From an uncultured Granulosicoccaceae bacterium (lineage in GTDB: Bacteria; Pseudomonadota; Gammaproteobacteria; Granulosicoccales; Granulosicoccaceae): a DNA stretch of 64,000 nucleotides. The position numbers and the translations under genes were made by a program. Under the pieces are notes generated by a model, which had not been told where the DNA came from, searched no databases, and was given only the letters and a program-made list of their open reading frames with translations. How positions within the stretch are numbered: position 1 is the first letter of the stretch; the number at the start of each line of letters is the position of its first letter. The stretch covers positions 531-64,530 of the forward strand of contig CAYUZB010000007.1 of the NCBI GenBank assembly GCA_964449565.1. The letters are read 5' to 3'. Of this stretch, positions 1 to 9,677 are shown one piece after another.

Positions 1-808
1 CGTCAGGCGCAGGTGTTCCAGTGCCTGTGGACACAACATTGCAATCCATACTATCTACATCAAATGACAGGTAAATAGAATCACAATTGGATAATCGCTC
101 CAGTGCTTCACTCACGCAGCTTTGAATACCGCAACGGCGTACATCTGCTACGGTGTAATTTTTGATCCCTAAACGATCCATCAGTGTATCTTCGGGCTGT
201 TCGGTCTCACGTACGCCAAAATACACAATGTCATCGGCATTTATTTTTGCTCCTTTGTGGCCGAGGTTTTTCATCGACTCCCAACAGGCAGAGGTTGCGA
301 CACTAATATCATTAATCATGCAATCGGTATTATTTACGTTCAGCGCTGCCGCCATTGGCATACCGTGTAGATTTCCTGACGGCGAAGTGTAGGGGGAATG
401 TATGTCGGCGTGCGCATCCAGCCAGATAACGCCGAGGCGTTCGGTTGGGTTTGCAGACTTAATACCCGAAATAGTACCGAGTGCAGAAGAATGATCACCT
501 GATATAACCACAGAGAAGTAACCTTTGCTTACTGTGTCTGAAACCGCATTGCACAGGCGTTTACACTGTTCATAGACATGTTGGGCGCGCTTAGCGAAGT
601 CGCAGGTTTCCTTGGTGTAGACTGATTCGTTCGTGGTCTCAACGTCGAGGTAGTCGTATCGGTTGAAGAAGTCATCACCACGGTTTATCGCTGCCACTTC
701 TATGGCATCAATACCGAGATCCGAACCACGCGTACCTGCTCCGATATCTGAGCGGTTTTTTATAACTTTAATGCCCGCTGTACGTTGTGCTTTATTATGC
801 ATTCCCAT
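1..808 (-). CDS. arginase-family ureohydrolase (likely arginase); 3' end runs off the window
   Basis: Absent from the ORF track because no stop codon lies in the window. My reverse-strand translation from ATG 808..806 reads MGMHNKAQRTAGIKVIKNRSDIGAGTRGSDLGIDAI...SGDHSSALGTI...WLDAHADIHSP...LSFDVDSMD. These are the GDHS, DAHxD and SxDxDxxD metal-binding motifs of ureohydrolases. It starts 1 nt after the upstream cyclodeaminase stop. Confidence 0.8.
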   Translation of the reverse strand, partial: MGMHNKAQRTAGIKVIKNRSDIGAGTRGSDLGIDAIEVAAINRGDDFFNRYDYLDVETTNESVYTKETCDFAKRAQHVYEQCKRLCNAVSDTVSKGYFSVVISGDHSSALGTISGIKSANPTERLGVIWLDAHADIHSPYTSPSGNLHGMPMAAALNVNNTDCMINDISVATSACWESMKNLGHKGAKINADDIVYFGVRETEQPEDTLMDRLGIKNYTVADVRRCGIQSCVSEALERLSNCDSIYLSFDVDSMDCNVVSTGTGTPAPD

Positions 809-809
809 A

Positions 810-1898
810 TCAACCTTCTACGTGTACCCGAGCCCGATTTACCATGCCGTATAGATCACGAGGATCATCTGGATCTGCAATCATATCCAGCTCACTAAAG
901 TGACCGGTACGTTGTAGTTGATCATGCATATAACGTAGCGCCGAGAAATCTTCAGTAGCAAACCCAACACTATCGAAAAGTGTAATTTCATCATTTGACG
1001 ATCGCCCCGATTTTTTTCCAGCCATTACTTCCCACAGCTCAGTAACAGGGTGATCCTCGTCGAGTTGCTGTATCTCGCCTTCTATACGTGTCTGGGGCGG
1101 GTACTCTACAAAAATATTAGAGCGGGTAAGGATACGTTTTTGTAGTTCTGTTTTGCCTGGACAATCGCCTCCGATGGCATTGATATGTATACCCGATCCA
1201 ACCATGTTGTCGCTTAGCACGGTGGCGTATTGTTTATCAGCGGTACAGGTAGTAATTATCTGTGCTCCCTGTACTGCCTCTTCTGCACTACCACAAGCTA
1301 TTACGCTCAAACCAGAATCTTGTAAATTTTTAACCGCTTTCTTCGTTGCTTGCGGGTCGATGTCATATAGTCGAACCGTATCGATTCCAACAATCTCTTT
1401 AAAAGCCAGTGCCTGAAACTCGCATTGTGCTCCGTTGCCAATCATGGCCATTGTTGCCGCCTGTTCCGGTGCAAGGTGCTTTGCAGCCACTGCCGATGTT
1501 GCGGCGGTTCTCAGCGCGGTGAGAATGGTCATCTCTGATATCAATACCGGGTAACCATTATCAACACGTGCTAACACACCAAATGCAGTTACCGTTTGAA
1601 ATCCACGGGCCATATTGGCTGGATGACCGTTCACATATTTAAACCCGTAGGTAGCCCCGTCACTCGTTGGCATCAGTTCAATAACCCCTTCACTGGAGTG
1701 GGATGCAACACGAGGTGTTTTGTCGAAACTCTCCCAACGCAGAAAGTCGTCTTGTATATAGCTTCCCATTTCTCTAAGTACTTCTGGCAGGCCAATGGTA
1801 TTAACAACCTTCATCATATTGTCTACACTGACAAAGGGCACCATGGCCATCGGTGACGGTTGTAAGGTTTGGTCAACAACAGCCGCATTACTAGACAT
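810..1898 (-). CDS. ocd: ornithine cyclodeaminase / mu-crystallin family protein
   Basis: 362-aa ORF with a Rossmann-type segment (MAMIGNGAQCEFQALAF) and the length and overall look of the OCD family. It is tightly coupled to the arginase gene and to an amino-acid ABC importer. Confidence 0.8.
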   Translation of the reverse strand: MSSNAAVVDQTLQPSPMAMVPFVSVDNMMKVVNTIGLPEVLREMGSYIQDDFLRWESFDKTPRVASHSSEGVIELMPTSDGATYGFKYVNGHPANMARGFQTVTAFGVLARVDNGYPVLISEMTILTALRTAATSAVAAKHLAPEQAATMAMIGNGAQCEFQALAFKEIVGIDTVRLYDIDPQATKKAVKNLQDSGLSVIACGSAEEAVQGAQIITTCTADKQYATVLSDNMVGSGIHINAIGGDCPGKTELQKRILTRSNIFVEYPPQTRIEGEIQQLDEDHPVTELWEVMAGKKSGRSSNDEITLFDSVGFATEDFSALRYMHDQLQRTGHFSELDMIADPDDPRDLYGMVNRARVHVEG

Positions 1899-1953
1899 AA
1901 TTATATTCCATTGTTCAAGTGTGAAAAATTCGCTGATCTAATTGCATAGGTAA

Positions 1954-2694
1954 CTATTCTATGCAGCCCTTTTTTGTAAAATACCGCTGAACGCTGGTAA
2001 TAAACAAAGTAATTAACACTGCAAGAATCAGGTAGAGAATCGCTGAATAAAGGTAGGTAGAAAGATCGAAATTCCGGGCAAAAATCGTTCTTGTTTGCCC
2101 CATCAAATCCATTACTGTAATCGTTGATATCAGGGCACTGCCTTTCATAAGCAGTATTAACTCATTCCCGTAGGCAGGCCACGCAATCCGCAGTGCCTGC
2201 GGTAACATTATTCTTCTCATTGCCTTCGGCCACGACATACCGATAGACATAGCGGCTTCCAGCTGGCCCGCATTAACATTAATAAACCCGCCACGTAGAA
2301 TCTCACAGACATAGGCGCTGGTATTTAGTGTCAGAACTAATAGTCCAACCAACCAGGGCTGACTGAAAAACCCCCATAGCGAGCCAAGACCTTCCGCACC
2401 TAAACTGCCGATGCCAAAATATATAATCCATAGTTGCACCAGCAATGGCGTACCACGAAAACAATAAACAAACAGATTGGCGGGTATGGAAAGTAGTCGA
2501 TTACCTGATAGGCGCGCTAGCACCAGCAACAAGGCCAGTACAAAACCAATAACACAAGACAATAGCAGCAGCTCAACGGTCACAAAAAAACCATCAATAA
2601 ATCGAGAGCAGAAATTTTCGAACAATGCACCACTAACAGGGGCTAATGCTGCGCACACACCGTCGGATAAGCTGTATTTTAAATCCTGATACAT
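1954..2694 (-). CDS. polar amino acid ABC transporter permease (HisM/NocM-like)
   Basis: 246 aa, multi-TM, with EAA-loop-like QLEAAMSIGMSWPKAMRRIMLPQALR. Abuts the next permease with no gap. Confidence 0.85.
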   Translation of the reverse strand: MYQDLKYSLSDGVCAALAPVSGALFENFCSRFIDGFFVTVELLLLSCVIGFVLALLLVLARLSGNRLLSIPANLFVYCFRGTPLLVQLWIIYFGIGSLGAEGLGSLWGFFSQPWLVGLLVLTLNTSAYVCEILRGGFINVNAGQLEAAMSIGMSWPKAMRRIMLPQALRIAWPAYGNELILLMKGSALISTITVMDLMGQTRTIFARNFDLSTYLYSAILYLILAVLITLFITSVQRYFTKKGCIE

Positions 2695-3435
2695 TTATGC
2701 CACCGACACACCGCGACGCGCACGACGTTCAGCCCATATGCGTAGCTGATCTGAAAACAGCGTCATCAAAAGATAAAGTAGGCCGGCTGTTAGAAAGAAC
2801 AATAGTGGTCTGCTCTCGGTTTCACCGCCAAGCTTTGCGATACGAAGAAGTTCGTCCAATGCAATCACGGCGGCTAACGAGGTGTCTTTTAACACCACCA
2901 TCCATAGATTACCGAGCCCCGGAATAGCAAAGCGCCACATCTGTGGAAATCGAACGCGTTGAAACACTTTCGCACGTGACAACCCAATGGCCTGGGCTGC
3001 TTCAATCTGCCCTGCAGGCACGGCAAGGTACGCACCACGAAAAATCTCACAGGCGTAAGCCGCAAAAATTGCTGATAACCCGGCCACGGCTGCAGTAAAT
3101 TTAGGCACTTCTACACCCGCTTCCAAACCAAGTAATATGAATGCCTGGTTGATTATCTGGTCAGAACCAAAGAACACGATCAATAAAATAAGAAATTCCG
3201 GCACACCACGAATGAAAAGTGTGTATATCTCTGCCAGCCATCTGACAGCTGCGATTTTGCATACCTTGGCAGCCGCCAGTAGTAATCCGAAGAACATGCC
3301 CAGCAACATTGACCACAGCGCAAGCTGTACGGTGATCCAGGCGCCGCGTAGTAGATCATCTCCCCAACCGGTACTGCCAAAGGCAAGGGGGCCGAGCATG
3401 TGATTTATAGTGTCCATGAGTCGAAACCTTTGCAC
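2695..3435 (-). CDS. polar amino acid ABC transporter permease (HisQ/NocQ-like)
   Basis: 246 aa, multi-TM, with EAA loop QIEAAQAIGLSRAKVFQRVRFPQMWR. Confidence 0.85.
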   Translation of the reverse strand: MQRFRLMDTINHMLGPLAFGSTGWGDDLLRGAWITVQLALWSMLLGMFFGLLLAAAKVCKIAAVRWLAEIYTLFIRGVPEFLILLIVFFGSDQIINQAFILLGLEAGVEVPKFTAAVAGLSAIFAAYACEIFRGAYLAVPAGQIEAAQAIGLSRAKVFQRVRFPQMWRFAIPGLGNLWMVVLKDTSLAAVIALDELLRIAKLGGETESRPLLFFLTAGLLYLLMTLFSDQLRIWAERRARRGVSVA

Positions 3436-3466
3436 CCGGCAGCTTTAGCCGGGTGCAAAGCATTAG

Positions 3467-4204
3467 CTAGAATATGTCTGTACCGAAGTACTCAACGCTG
3501 ATAGCTTTGTAAGTACCATCGTCACGGATAGCTTTTAGCGCAGCATTAAAGGCTTCGGTCAGATCATCTTCACCCTTGCGGATACCAATGCCAATTTTGT
3601 CGTCAATATCGATCTTTCGAGTAATGAATCCGAGCTCCGGATTTTTCTTTACAAAGTCGGCTCCTGGTAAAAAGTCCATCACCACGGCTTCGATACGACC
3701 TGCTTCGAGATCAGACACTGCCGCAAGGTTGGTGTCGTACAATCGTAGATCAGCTCGTGTACCATACTTTTCTTCCGACCACTGTGAACCTACAGTCGAT
3801 CGCTGCGCACCAAACGCGACTTTTCCGAGACTGTCCATATCAAGCTTGGTCTCAGCTGTGCCTATAATGCTCAAGTAGTTAGAGTAGTAGGGGCTGCTAA
3901 AGTTAATTGCTTCAAGCCGTTCTTCTGTGATAGACATTGAAGCGATAATTGCATCATATTTGTTATTGACCAGACCCGGGATAATGCCATCCCAATCCTG
4001 CGCAACAATCTCACACTGACGTTCCATTGCAGCACACAGTACATTCGCAATATCCACATCAAAGCCAACTAGCTTGCCGTCAGCAGTCATATTGTTAAAC
4101 GGAGGGTATGCACCTTCTGTGGCAATACGCAATACGTCATCTGCATGCACAGTACTGAACAATGATAATGCCGTAAACGCAGCACCCAGCAATCTCTTTT
4201 TCAT
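3467..4204 (-). CDS. periplasmic substrate-binding protein, family 3 (basic amino acid/opine type)
   Basis: Signal peptide MKKRLLGAAFTALSLFSTVHA, then LRIATEGAYPPFN and DAIIASMSIT, typical of Lys/Arg/Orn/His binding proteins. Confidence 0.85.
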   Translation of the reverse strand: MKKRLLGAAFTALSLFSTVHADDVLRIATEGAYPPFNNMTADGKLVGFDVDIANVLCAAMERQCEIVAQDWDGIIPGLVNNKYDAIIASMSITEERLEAINFSSPYYSNYLSIIGTAETKLDMDSLGKVAFGAQRSTVGSQWSEEKYGTRADLRLYDTNLAAVSDLEAGRIEAVVMDFLPGADFVKKNPELGFITRKIDIDDKIGIGIRKGEDDLTEAFNAALKAIRDDGTYKAISVEYFGTDIF

Positions 4205-4240
4205 AATTTTTCCATTGGTTAAGTTAAAAGTTATACCGCT

Positions 4241-5026
4241 CTACAACACTTTTGCCAGAAACTGCTGGCATACCGCAGTATTGGGTGCACCGAAAACTTG
4301 TTCCGCAGTACCCTGTTCTGCAATTTTTCCCTGATGTAAGAAAATAACTTTGTCTGATACTTCTCTGGCAAAGCCCATCTCATGAGTGACAACCACCATT
4401 GTTCGCCCTTCGGCAGCCAGGTCTTTCATAACGCTGAGCACTTCACCGACCATTTCCGGATCCAGTGCCGAAGTGGGTTCATCGAACAGCAGTATCTTTG
4501 GATCCATAGCGAGCGTGCGCGCAATTGCTACGCGTTGTTGTTGTCCGCCTGACAGTTGATTTGGATAGAAATCACTTTTATCTGCAATGCCTACGCGTTC
4601 CAGCAGTGCTTGCGCTTTGAGCGTTGCTTCGCGCTTTGAAAGCCCAAGCACATGAACGGGACCTTCAACAACATTGTTGAGCACGGTCATGTGTGAGAAG
4701 AGATTAAACTGCTGGAACACCATGCCGATTTCCGCACGTATTGCGCGCAATGTGCGTTTGTTTGAAATCCGCAGCCGGCCATTATGTTCCTCAAGGGGGA
4801 GGTGTTTGCCATTAACGCGAATCGAACCTCTGCTGGGCATCTCAAGAAGGTTGATGCACCTTAAAACAGTGGATTTACCTGAGCCAGAAGCACCAAGCAG
4901 TGAAATCACTTCATGCTTTTTGCCTTCAAAACTCACACCCTTAAGGACTTCAAACGCACCGAAAGACTTATAAAGGCCTTCGACCGACAGATAGGGCTGT
5001 GCAGTATCAGTTGACATAGAGCACAT
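4241..5026 (-). CDS. amino acid ABC transporter ATP-binding protein (HisP/NocP-like)
   Basis: Walker [10 protein letters not shown], signature [13 protein letters not shown], Walker [13 protein letters not shown]. Confidence 0.9.
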   Translation of the reverse strand: MCSMSTDTAQPYLSVEGLYKSFGAFEVLKGVSFEGKKHEVISLLGASGSGKSTVLRCINLLEMPSRGSIRVNGKHLPLEEHNGRLRISNKRTLRAIRAEIGMVFQQFNLFSHMTVLNNVVEGPVHVLGLSKREATLKAQALLERVGIADKSDFYPNQLSGGQQQRVAIARTLAMDPKILLFDEPTSALDPEMVGEVLSVMKDLAAEGRTMVVVTHEMGFAREVSDKVIFLHQGKIAEQGTAEQVFGAPNTAVCQQFLAKVL

Positions 5027-5216
5027 TCAGCAATGTTGGCTTGTTGCCGGAATAACCCTAAAACTGTGATTTTCAGTGTTTGTCGCCATCGACAGAATTC
5101 TCCTTTCGGCTTGAGCCGAAACTATGTGGCATCTTTGTGTCAAACGAAATAGCAATTTATCTAGCAATTAGTTAAACTATTGGCGTTTAGTCAACTACTG
5201 ACTGATTATTCGCCCT

Positions 5217-5642
5217 ATGGATGAAATTGATAAAAGGCTGATACTGCTCCTAACTCGTGATGGCCGCGCCTCTGCTGCCGATCTGGCACGCGCGTTATCG
5301 GTATCCAGAGGAACGATTCAAAATCGTATCGATAAACTCTCGAGCAGCGGTGTGATCGAAAAATTTACGGTGGAGTTAGGGCAAGGCGAACGTGAGAATC
5401 AGGTCAGCGCCTTCACTCTAATGAAGTTAAATGTGGCCAGTGACGACTCTGTTGTCAGAGCGTCGCTTAAACGAACAAAAGAAATTACCCAGGTATCAAC
5501 ATTGAGTGGCTCGTTTGATTTGGTCATCGAGATTCGCTGCGAATCGTTAGTGGTACTGGATAAGATACTCGATGATGTGAGATCGATGCCGGATGTAGCG
5601 GATACCCAAAGCCAGATTCGTTTGCGCACCTGGCACAATTAA
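5217..5642 (+). CDS. Lrp/AsnC family transcriptional regulator
   Basis: 141 aa. N-terminal HTH (ASAADLARALSVSRGTIQNRIDKL) plus a C-terminal AsnC/RAM-type domain. Divergent from the ABC/ocd/arginase operon. Confidence 0.85.
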   Translation: MDEIDKRLILLLTRDGRASAADLARALSVSRGTIQNRIDKLSSSGVIEKFTVELGQGERENQVSAFTLMKLNVASDDSVVRASLKRTKEITQVSTLSGSFDLVIEIRCESLVVLDKILDDVRSMPDVADTQSQIRLRTWHN

Positions 5643-6268
5643 TCAGTGCGCAACTAACAAATTACGACCATAGCTTGCGCCACGTATTGCGGGCTACCTG
5701 AGTATGTGGATAACGGAACGCATTGGTTAAACGGCGGCTCAACGGGTGGTGACGAAACTGACAATCAAACCGGGGAGGGTAACGATAACGACGGATTTCC
5801 CCGTTATGAAGAATCCGGCGATAACACGGCCAGCGAGTGTCAAAACAACAATTGTCGTACCGACGACTAACGGTACGCTTGATTTCGTCGCCAATCCCGT
5901 AATCTCCGGATTGGACAGTTCGCTCGTGCAAGGCTATGCACTGTTCAGTTCATTCCTCAATGGCGCTAATCTCGCACAAACAGAACAGCAAGCACAAACC
6001 GACGATTCGTCAGCGCTTTTTGAGTCTGCCTACAATGTGATTTTTCCACTGATACCGGACAACAGCACAATTGGTATTGCGTTTCAGGATTTCAGCGATT
6101 TCGTCGACCAGACGCGTGGTGTTCCTGAGTGCTAGTTAGCGGTCATTCTAGACTGTTCTAGATGTCGAGTACCAGATCTGAGATCATGGATTCTTCGGTG
6201 AAGTGTTTCTTTTTCTGGATCATTAACAGAAGCAATGAGAATGTCGATGCTGACTTAAGAACCTTCTG

Positions 6269-6297
6269 AATTCGCTAAGCTGCAATTCGCTAAGCTG
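6269..6297. repeat. tandem direct repeat, 14-nt unit AATTCGCTAAGCTG x2 (period 15)
   Basis: Copies read directly at 6269-6282 and 6284-6297, inside the non-coding gap. Confidence 0.8.
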
Positions 6298-6396
6298 TAA
6301 ACTTGGACTTGATCTTACAGACAGTGTCTGATTAGATCGAAACTCGCCGTCCGAATTCTACAGCTGAAGGCCTCCAATAAGCCCACCGAAATCAAT

Positions 6397-7809
6397 TTAT
6401 TCGCGAAACCCGAACAAACCATTTCGAATAATTCGCGCAGCGGTGTCTTCAGGCAAACTGTTTTCCCAGTCGCCTCTGCCTGTCGGTAGTTTTGCCAGTA
6501 CTTGGCGAGAATATATTTTTAGCAAGTCGGGGTCGCTGCAGTCGATGCCAGTAAAGTATTTGTTCTCTAGTAGGTGCTTGTACAGGTAGCGAAGTTTAGG
6601 TTCGACTTCGATATTGGTAACGTCACTGAGTTCGTCGTTTTCGTCCAGTTCTGGATAAACAAATAACCGAGTATTGTCTGGAAACAATTTTCCGAAACCT
6701 TCCAGTATTCCGCCTTCAACACCTACATACTTTTTCTCGTCAAATATTTCCTTGATGTTTATCATTCCCAACACAATGCCGATTTGCATGCTGGTGAATT
6801 GGCGAAAATATTCGCGCAGTGAAAAGTATCGAGTGTAATCTGACACCATCACGCTATACCCTAGTGCATTGAGCAACCGTACACGTGCAATTAGGTCGCC
6901 TTCTGGCACCATCAAATCCTTGCCAAAGGCATCGTTGAGTGATATTTCGGCAAGCACAATGGAATTGTCAGCATTAACACCTTCCGTTTTCTTGAATGCT
7001 TCGAAACCCTGTTCGATCATGTCTACATTCAATTTAGTTACTGGTTTGAATGAGCCGCGAATGGTCAACACGTTTTTCTTGTAGAGTAATTCTGCCGGTA
7101 CTGCGACTTGTCCATCAGCCTGGAACACGATGGCACGGGTTTTCCAGCTCCTTATCAAGTGTAAATTCAAGGCACGATTATCGAGATCTTCAAAGTAAGG
7201 GCCTTGGAAGTCGATCGAGTCTATCTCGATGCCTCCGGAGTTCATATTGTCAGTGAGTGAATCTATTAGTTTTTTGGGTTCTTCAAAGTAGTAGTAAGCC
7301 GCATAAATCAGATTGACACCAAGTATGCCGAGAGTGTCTTGTTGTTGCTCTGCGGTTTTGTCGAGTAAGCGCACATGGACAATAATGTCCGAAGGTTCTG
7401 CCCCGGGGTACATCTGCAAACGAATTCCACACCAGGCATGACATTCGTTGTCTCGATTGAAACTTTTTGCGGCAACAGTTGCCGCGTAAGAAAAATAGCG
7501 TGATGTTTTTGCGCGAGAGGTGCCAACACGCGTCAAGACCAGATCGAACTCTTTGTCGAGCATGGCTCTGACCCGTGCCTTGCTGACATAACGACCGCCT
7601 TCCTGTGTGCCATAGATCGCATCTGAAAATTGCATGTCGTAGGCTGACATTGTCTTGGCGACTGTACCCGCCGCAGCTCCTGCCAGAAAAAACTGTCGCG
7701 CTACTTCCTGCCCGGCGCCGATTTCAGCGATGGTGCCATATTTTTTTTCATCAAGATTAAGCCGAAGGGCTTTGTTGACGGTTGAGCGCTTGCTGATCTG
7801 GCTATTCAA
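6397..7809 (-). CDS. conserved protein of unknown function (470 aa)
   Basis: Long clean ORF with protein-like composition and no TM or signal peptide. It has a distinctive N-terminal string GTIAEIGAGQEVARQFFLAGAAAGTVAKTMSAYDMQFSDAIYG. I could not assign a catalytic motif. Confidence 0.7.
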   Translation of the reverse strand: MNSQISKRSTVNKALRLNLDEKKYGTIAEIGAGQEVARQFFLAGAAAGTVAKTMSAYDMQFSDAIYGTQEGGRYVSKARVRAMLDKEFDLVLTRVGTSRAKTSRYFSYAATVAAKSFNRDNECHAWCGIRLQMYPGAEPSDIIVHVRLLDKTAEQQQDTLGILGVNLIYAAYYYFEEPKKLIDSLTDNMNSGGIEIDSIDFQGPYFEDLDNRALNLHLIRSWKTRAIVFQADGQVAVPAELLYKKNVLTIRGSFKPVTKLNVDMIEQGFEAFKKTEGVNADNSIVLAEISLNDAFGKDLMVPEGDLIARVRLLNALGYSVMVSDYTRYFSLREYFRQFTSMQIGIVLGMINIKEIFDEKKYVGVEGGILEGFGKLFPDNTRLFVYPELDENDELSDVTNIEVEPKLRYLYKHLLENKYFTGIDCSDPDLLKIYSRQVLAKLPTGRGDWENSLPEDTAARIIRNGLFGFRE

Positions 7810-7953
7810 TTTAATCTACCTTTCGTGCTGGTTTACGCTTTTCAGTCAAGGTTATCGGCCGAATGAAATGGACACTGAATAACCCGGTAAAATGGTTCGG
7901 AGGTGATACCTTGGCGATGGAATCTCAATCACAGCCAACGACTATTTGTCAGG

Positions 7954-7983
7954 CAAAAAAAACGGCCGGTTATACCGGCCGTT
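7954..7983 (-). terminator. rho-independent terminator downstream of the OmpA-like gene
   Basis: 9-bp GC-rich stem AACGGCCGG / CCGGCCGTT (7961-7969 / 7975-7983). It is followed on the minus strand by a T8-9 run (the A run at 7954-7962 on plus). A second hairpin, TGTAGCAGGC-CCAG-GCCTGCTACA, lies at 7998-8020. Confidence 0.75.
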
Positions 7984-8025
7984 CAATGTAGGAGCTTGTA
8001 GCAGGCCCAGGCCTGCTACAGGTAC

Positions 8026-8694
8026 TTAGTTGAAAATCATGCGATTGGCTGTGAGCTCAACTTCAACACGTCGGTTTTGCTGACGACCTTCCGGTTTGAA
8101 GTTATTGGCAGCAGGCTCTGATTCACCGCGACCGGAAACGGTCATTTTCGCATCAGGGTATTCTACCGCAAGCAAGTCCGCTACTGTCTGAGCACGTCGC
8201 TCTGACAGAGCCTGGTTGTATTCTTCTGAGCCACGGCTGTCAGTGTGTCCAGTTACGTTGATTTCAGTAACGCCTTTGAACTCGGATACTGCTTCAATCA
8301 TTGACTGCATGGCAGACAGTCCAGCGGCATTCAGCTCAGAGGAATTGGTATCAAACAAAGCGAGTTCGCTGAAATCGCGAGTGTCGATTTTTGCTTTGGT
8401 AGGCTCAGGAGGCTTCGGTGCTTCAACGACTTCAGCAGGCGCTTCTGCTACTTCAGCTTCTGGTTCACGACCTTCGCAAGCATCACTAGAGTTATCTTCG
8501 TCAAAAAACGAGCCAGAGCGAAAGCATCCGCCCAGTCCAGTTTTAAGAGCATTACCATCTGAAGTGATATAGCTACTGCCTGGGTCTTCGACTTCGCCGT
8601 CGACTGAGACTTGATGGGCGGTCGCGTTGAATGACGCAAGTGTCAGGCATGCGCCGATGGATAAAGCAAGACGTGTATTCATAATATTCTCCAT
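8026..8694 (-). CDS. OmpA-C-like (peptidoglycan-associating) secreted protein, paralogue 1
   Basis: Signal peptide, a Cys-containing N-domain, a Pro/Glu/Ala linker (EPEAEVAEAPAEVVEAPKPPEPTKAK), then an OmpA-C domain (GHTDSRGSEEYNQALSERRAQTV...NRRVEV). Confidence 0.85.
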   Translation of the reverse strand: MENIMNTRLALSIGACLTLASFNATAHQVSVDGEVEDPGSSYITSDGNALKTGLGGCFRSGSFFDEDNSSDACEGREPEAEVAEAPAEVVEAPKPPEPTKAKIDTRDFSELALFDTNSSELNAAGLSAMQSMIEAVSEFKGVTEINVTGHTDSRGSEEYNQALSERRAQTVADLLAVEYPDAKMTVSGRGESEPAANNFKPEGRQQNRRVEVELTANRMIFN

Positions 8695-8764
8695 TGCAGA
8701 ATGGGTAAGACGGATGATTGTGGTTAAACAGTAAATTTAATTATTCAGTGAACTACTCGTTGAA

Positions 8765-9418
8765 TTACTCGGTGATACTTTTCGCTTTTACTTCAATTTC
8801 AACTCGGCGGTTCAATTGACGACCTTCGGGTGTCGAATTGGTCGCAACCGGGGTTTCTTCGCCCAGACCGGAACTAGTGATGTTCACGTTGGGGTAGGCA
8901 GCTTTAAGAAATGCCTGAACCGCCGCAGCTCGTTGCTCTGACAGGCTTTGATTATAGCCAGCATCACCGGTTGAATCCGTGTGTCCGACAACCGCCATAT
9001 CCGTGATTTCCTGGAATGACTCCAGTTGTACGAGTAGATCTGCCAATGCTTGTTCGCTGGCTGGGGTCAAGACAGCCGAATTGCTCTCAAACAAGGCTTC
9101 GCCACCGAGCGTGGCTGTTGTGACGATAGGCTCTTTCTTTGGTGGTTCCGGTGCTGGCGCCGGGGCCGACTCGGGCTCAGGTTCAGCTTCCGCAGTGGGC
9201 TCTTCGATACCTTCACAGGCATTGACTTGATTTTCTTCGGACCAACTAGGCAGGCGCAAGCACTCACCATCACCGGTGCGGAGCGCAACGCCATCAACGA
9301 CAACGTAGCCGGCACCACTTGGAATTTCTATATCGCCGTCGAGCGCAACATCGTGTGCGACGGCGGCCGTACTGCATAAAATCAAGGCTGCAGCTGCCTG
9401 TGTGATGATCTGTCTCAT
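8765..9418 (-). CDS. OmpA-C-like secreted protein, paralogue 2
   Basis: Same architecture as the neighbour: signal peptide, N-domain HDVALDGDIEIP...C...C, linker EPEPESAPAPAPEPPKKEP, and OmpA-C (GHTDSTGDAGYNQSLSEQRAAAV...NRRVEI). Confidence 0.85.
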   Translation of the reverse strand: MRQIITQAAAALILCSTAAVAHDVALDGDIEIPSGAGYVVVDGVALRTGDGECLRLPSWSEENQVNACEGIEEPTAEAEPEPESAPAPAPEPPKKEPIVTTATLGGEALFESNSAVLTPASEQALADLLVQLESFQEITDMAVVGHTDSTGDAGYNQSLSEQRAAAVQAFLKAAYPNVNITSSGLGEETPVATNSTPEGRQLNRRVEIEVKAKSITE

Positions 9419-9677
9419 TGCCTAGCTCCCACTAGTTAATAACCGGTCTTCAATCGAATTGTTGTTTCTCACCACGGTCACCCGAGCCAGAACAGCGCCG
9501 GGGCGATGGTCTTCCTTGTTGTTTTTTTGTCTTGTATAGCGGTAAACACTCGAATTGTAAACTTATTCAAGGGATTTCATGTGTGAAAAATACAACACAA
9601 AGGAGTCAATCTTCCGCCGAAACGGATAAATAGAGTGTAGGCTATCCGTCAACGCAGACCGACAAAAGGAGTTGTCA

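Noticed and set aside
5662-5931. 89-aa minus-strand ORF in the orphan gap
   Set aside because: It has extreme Arg/His/Cys/Trp composition and overlaps the more protein-like plus-strand frames. It is not credible as a gene.
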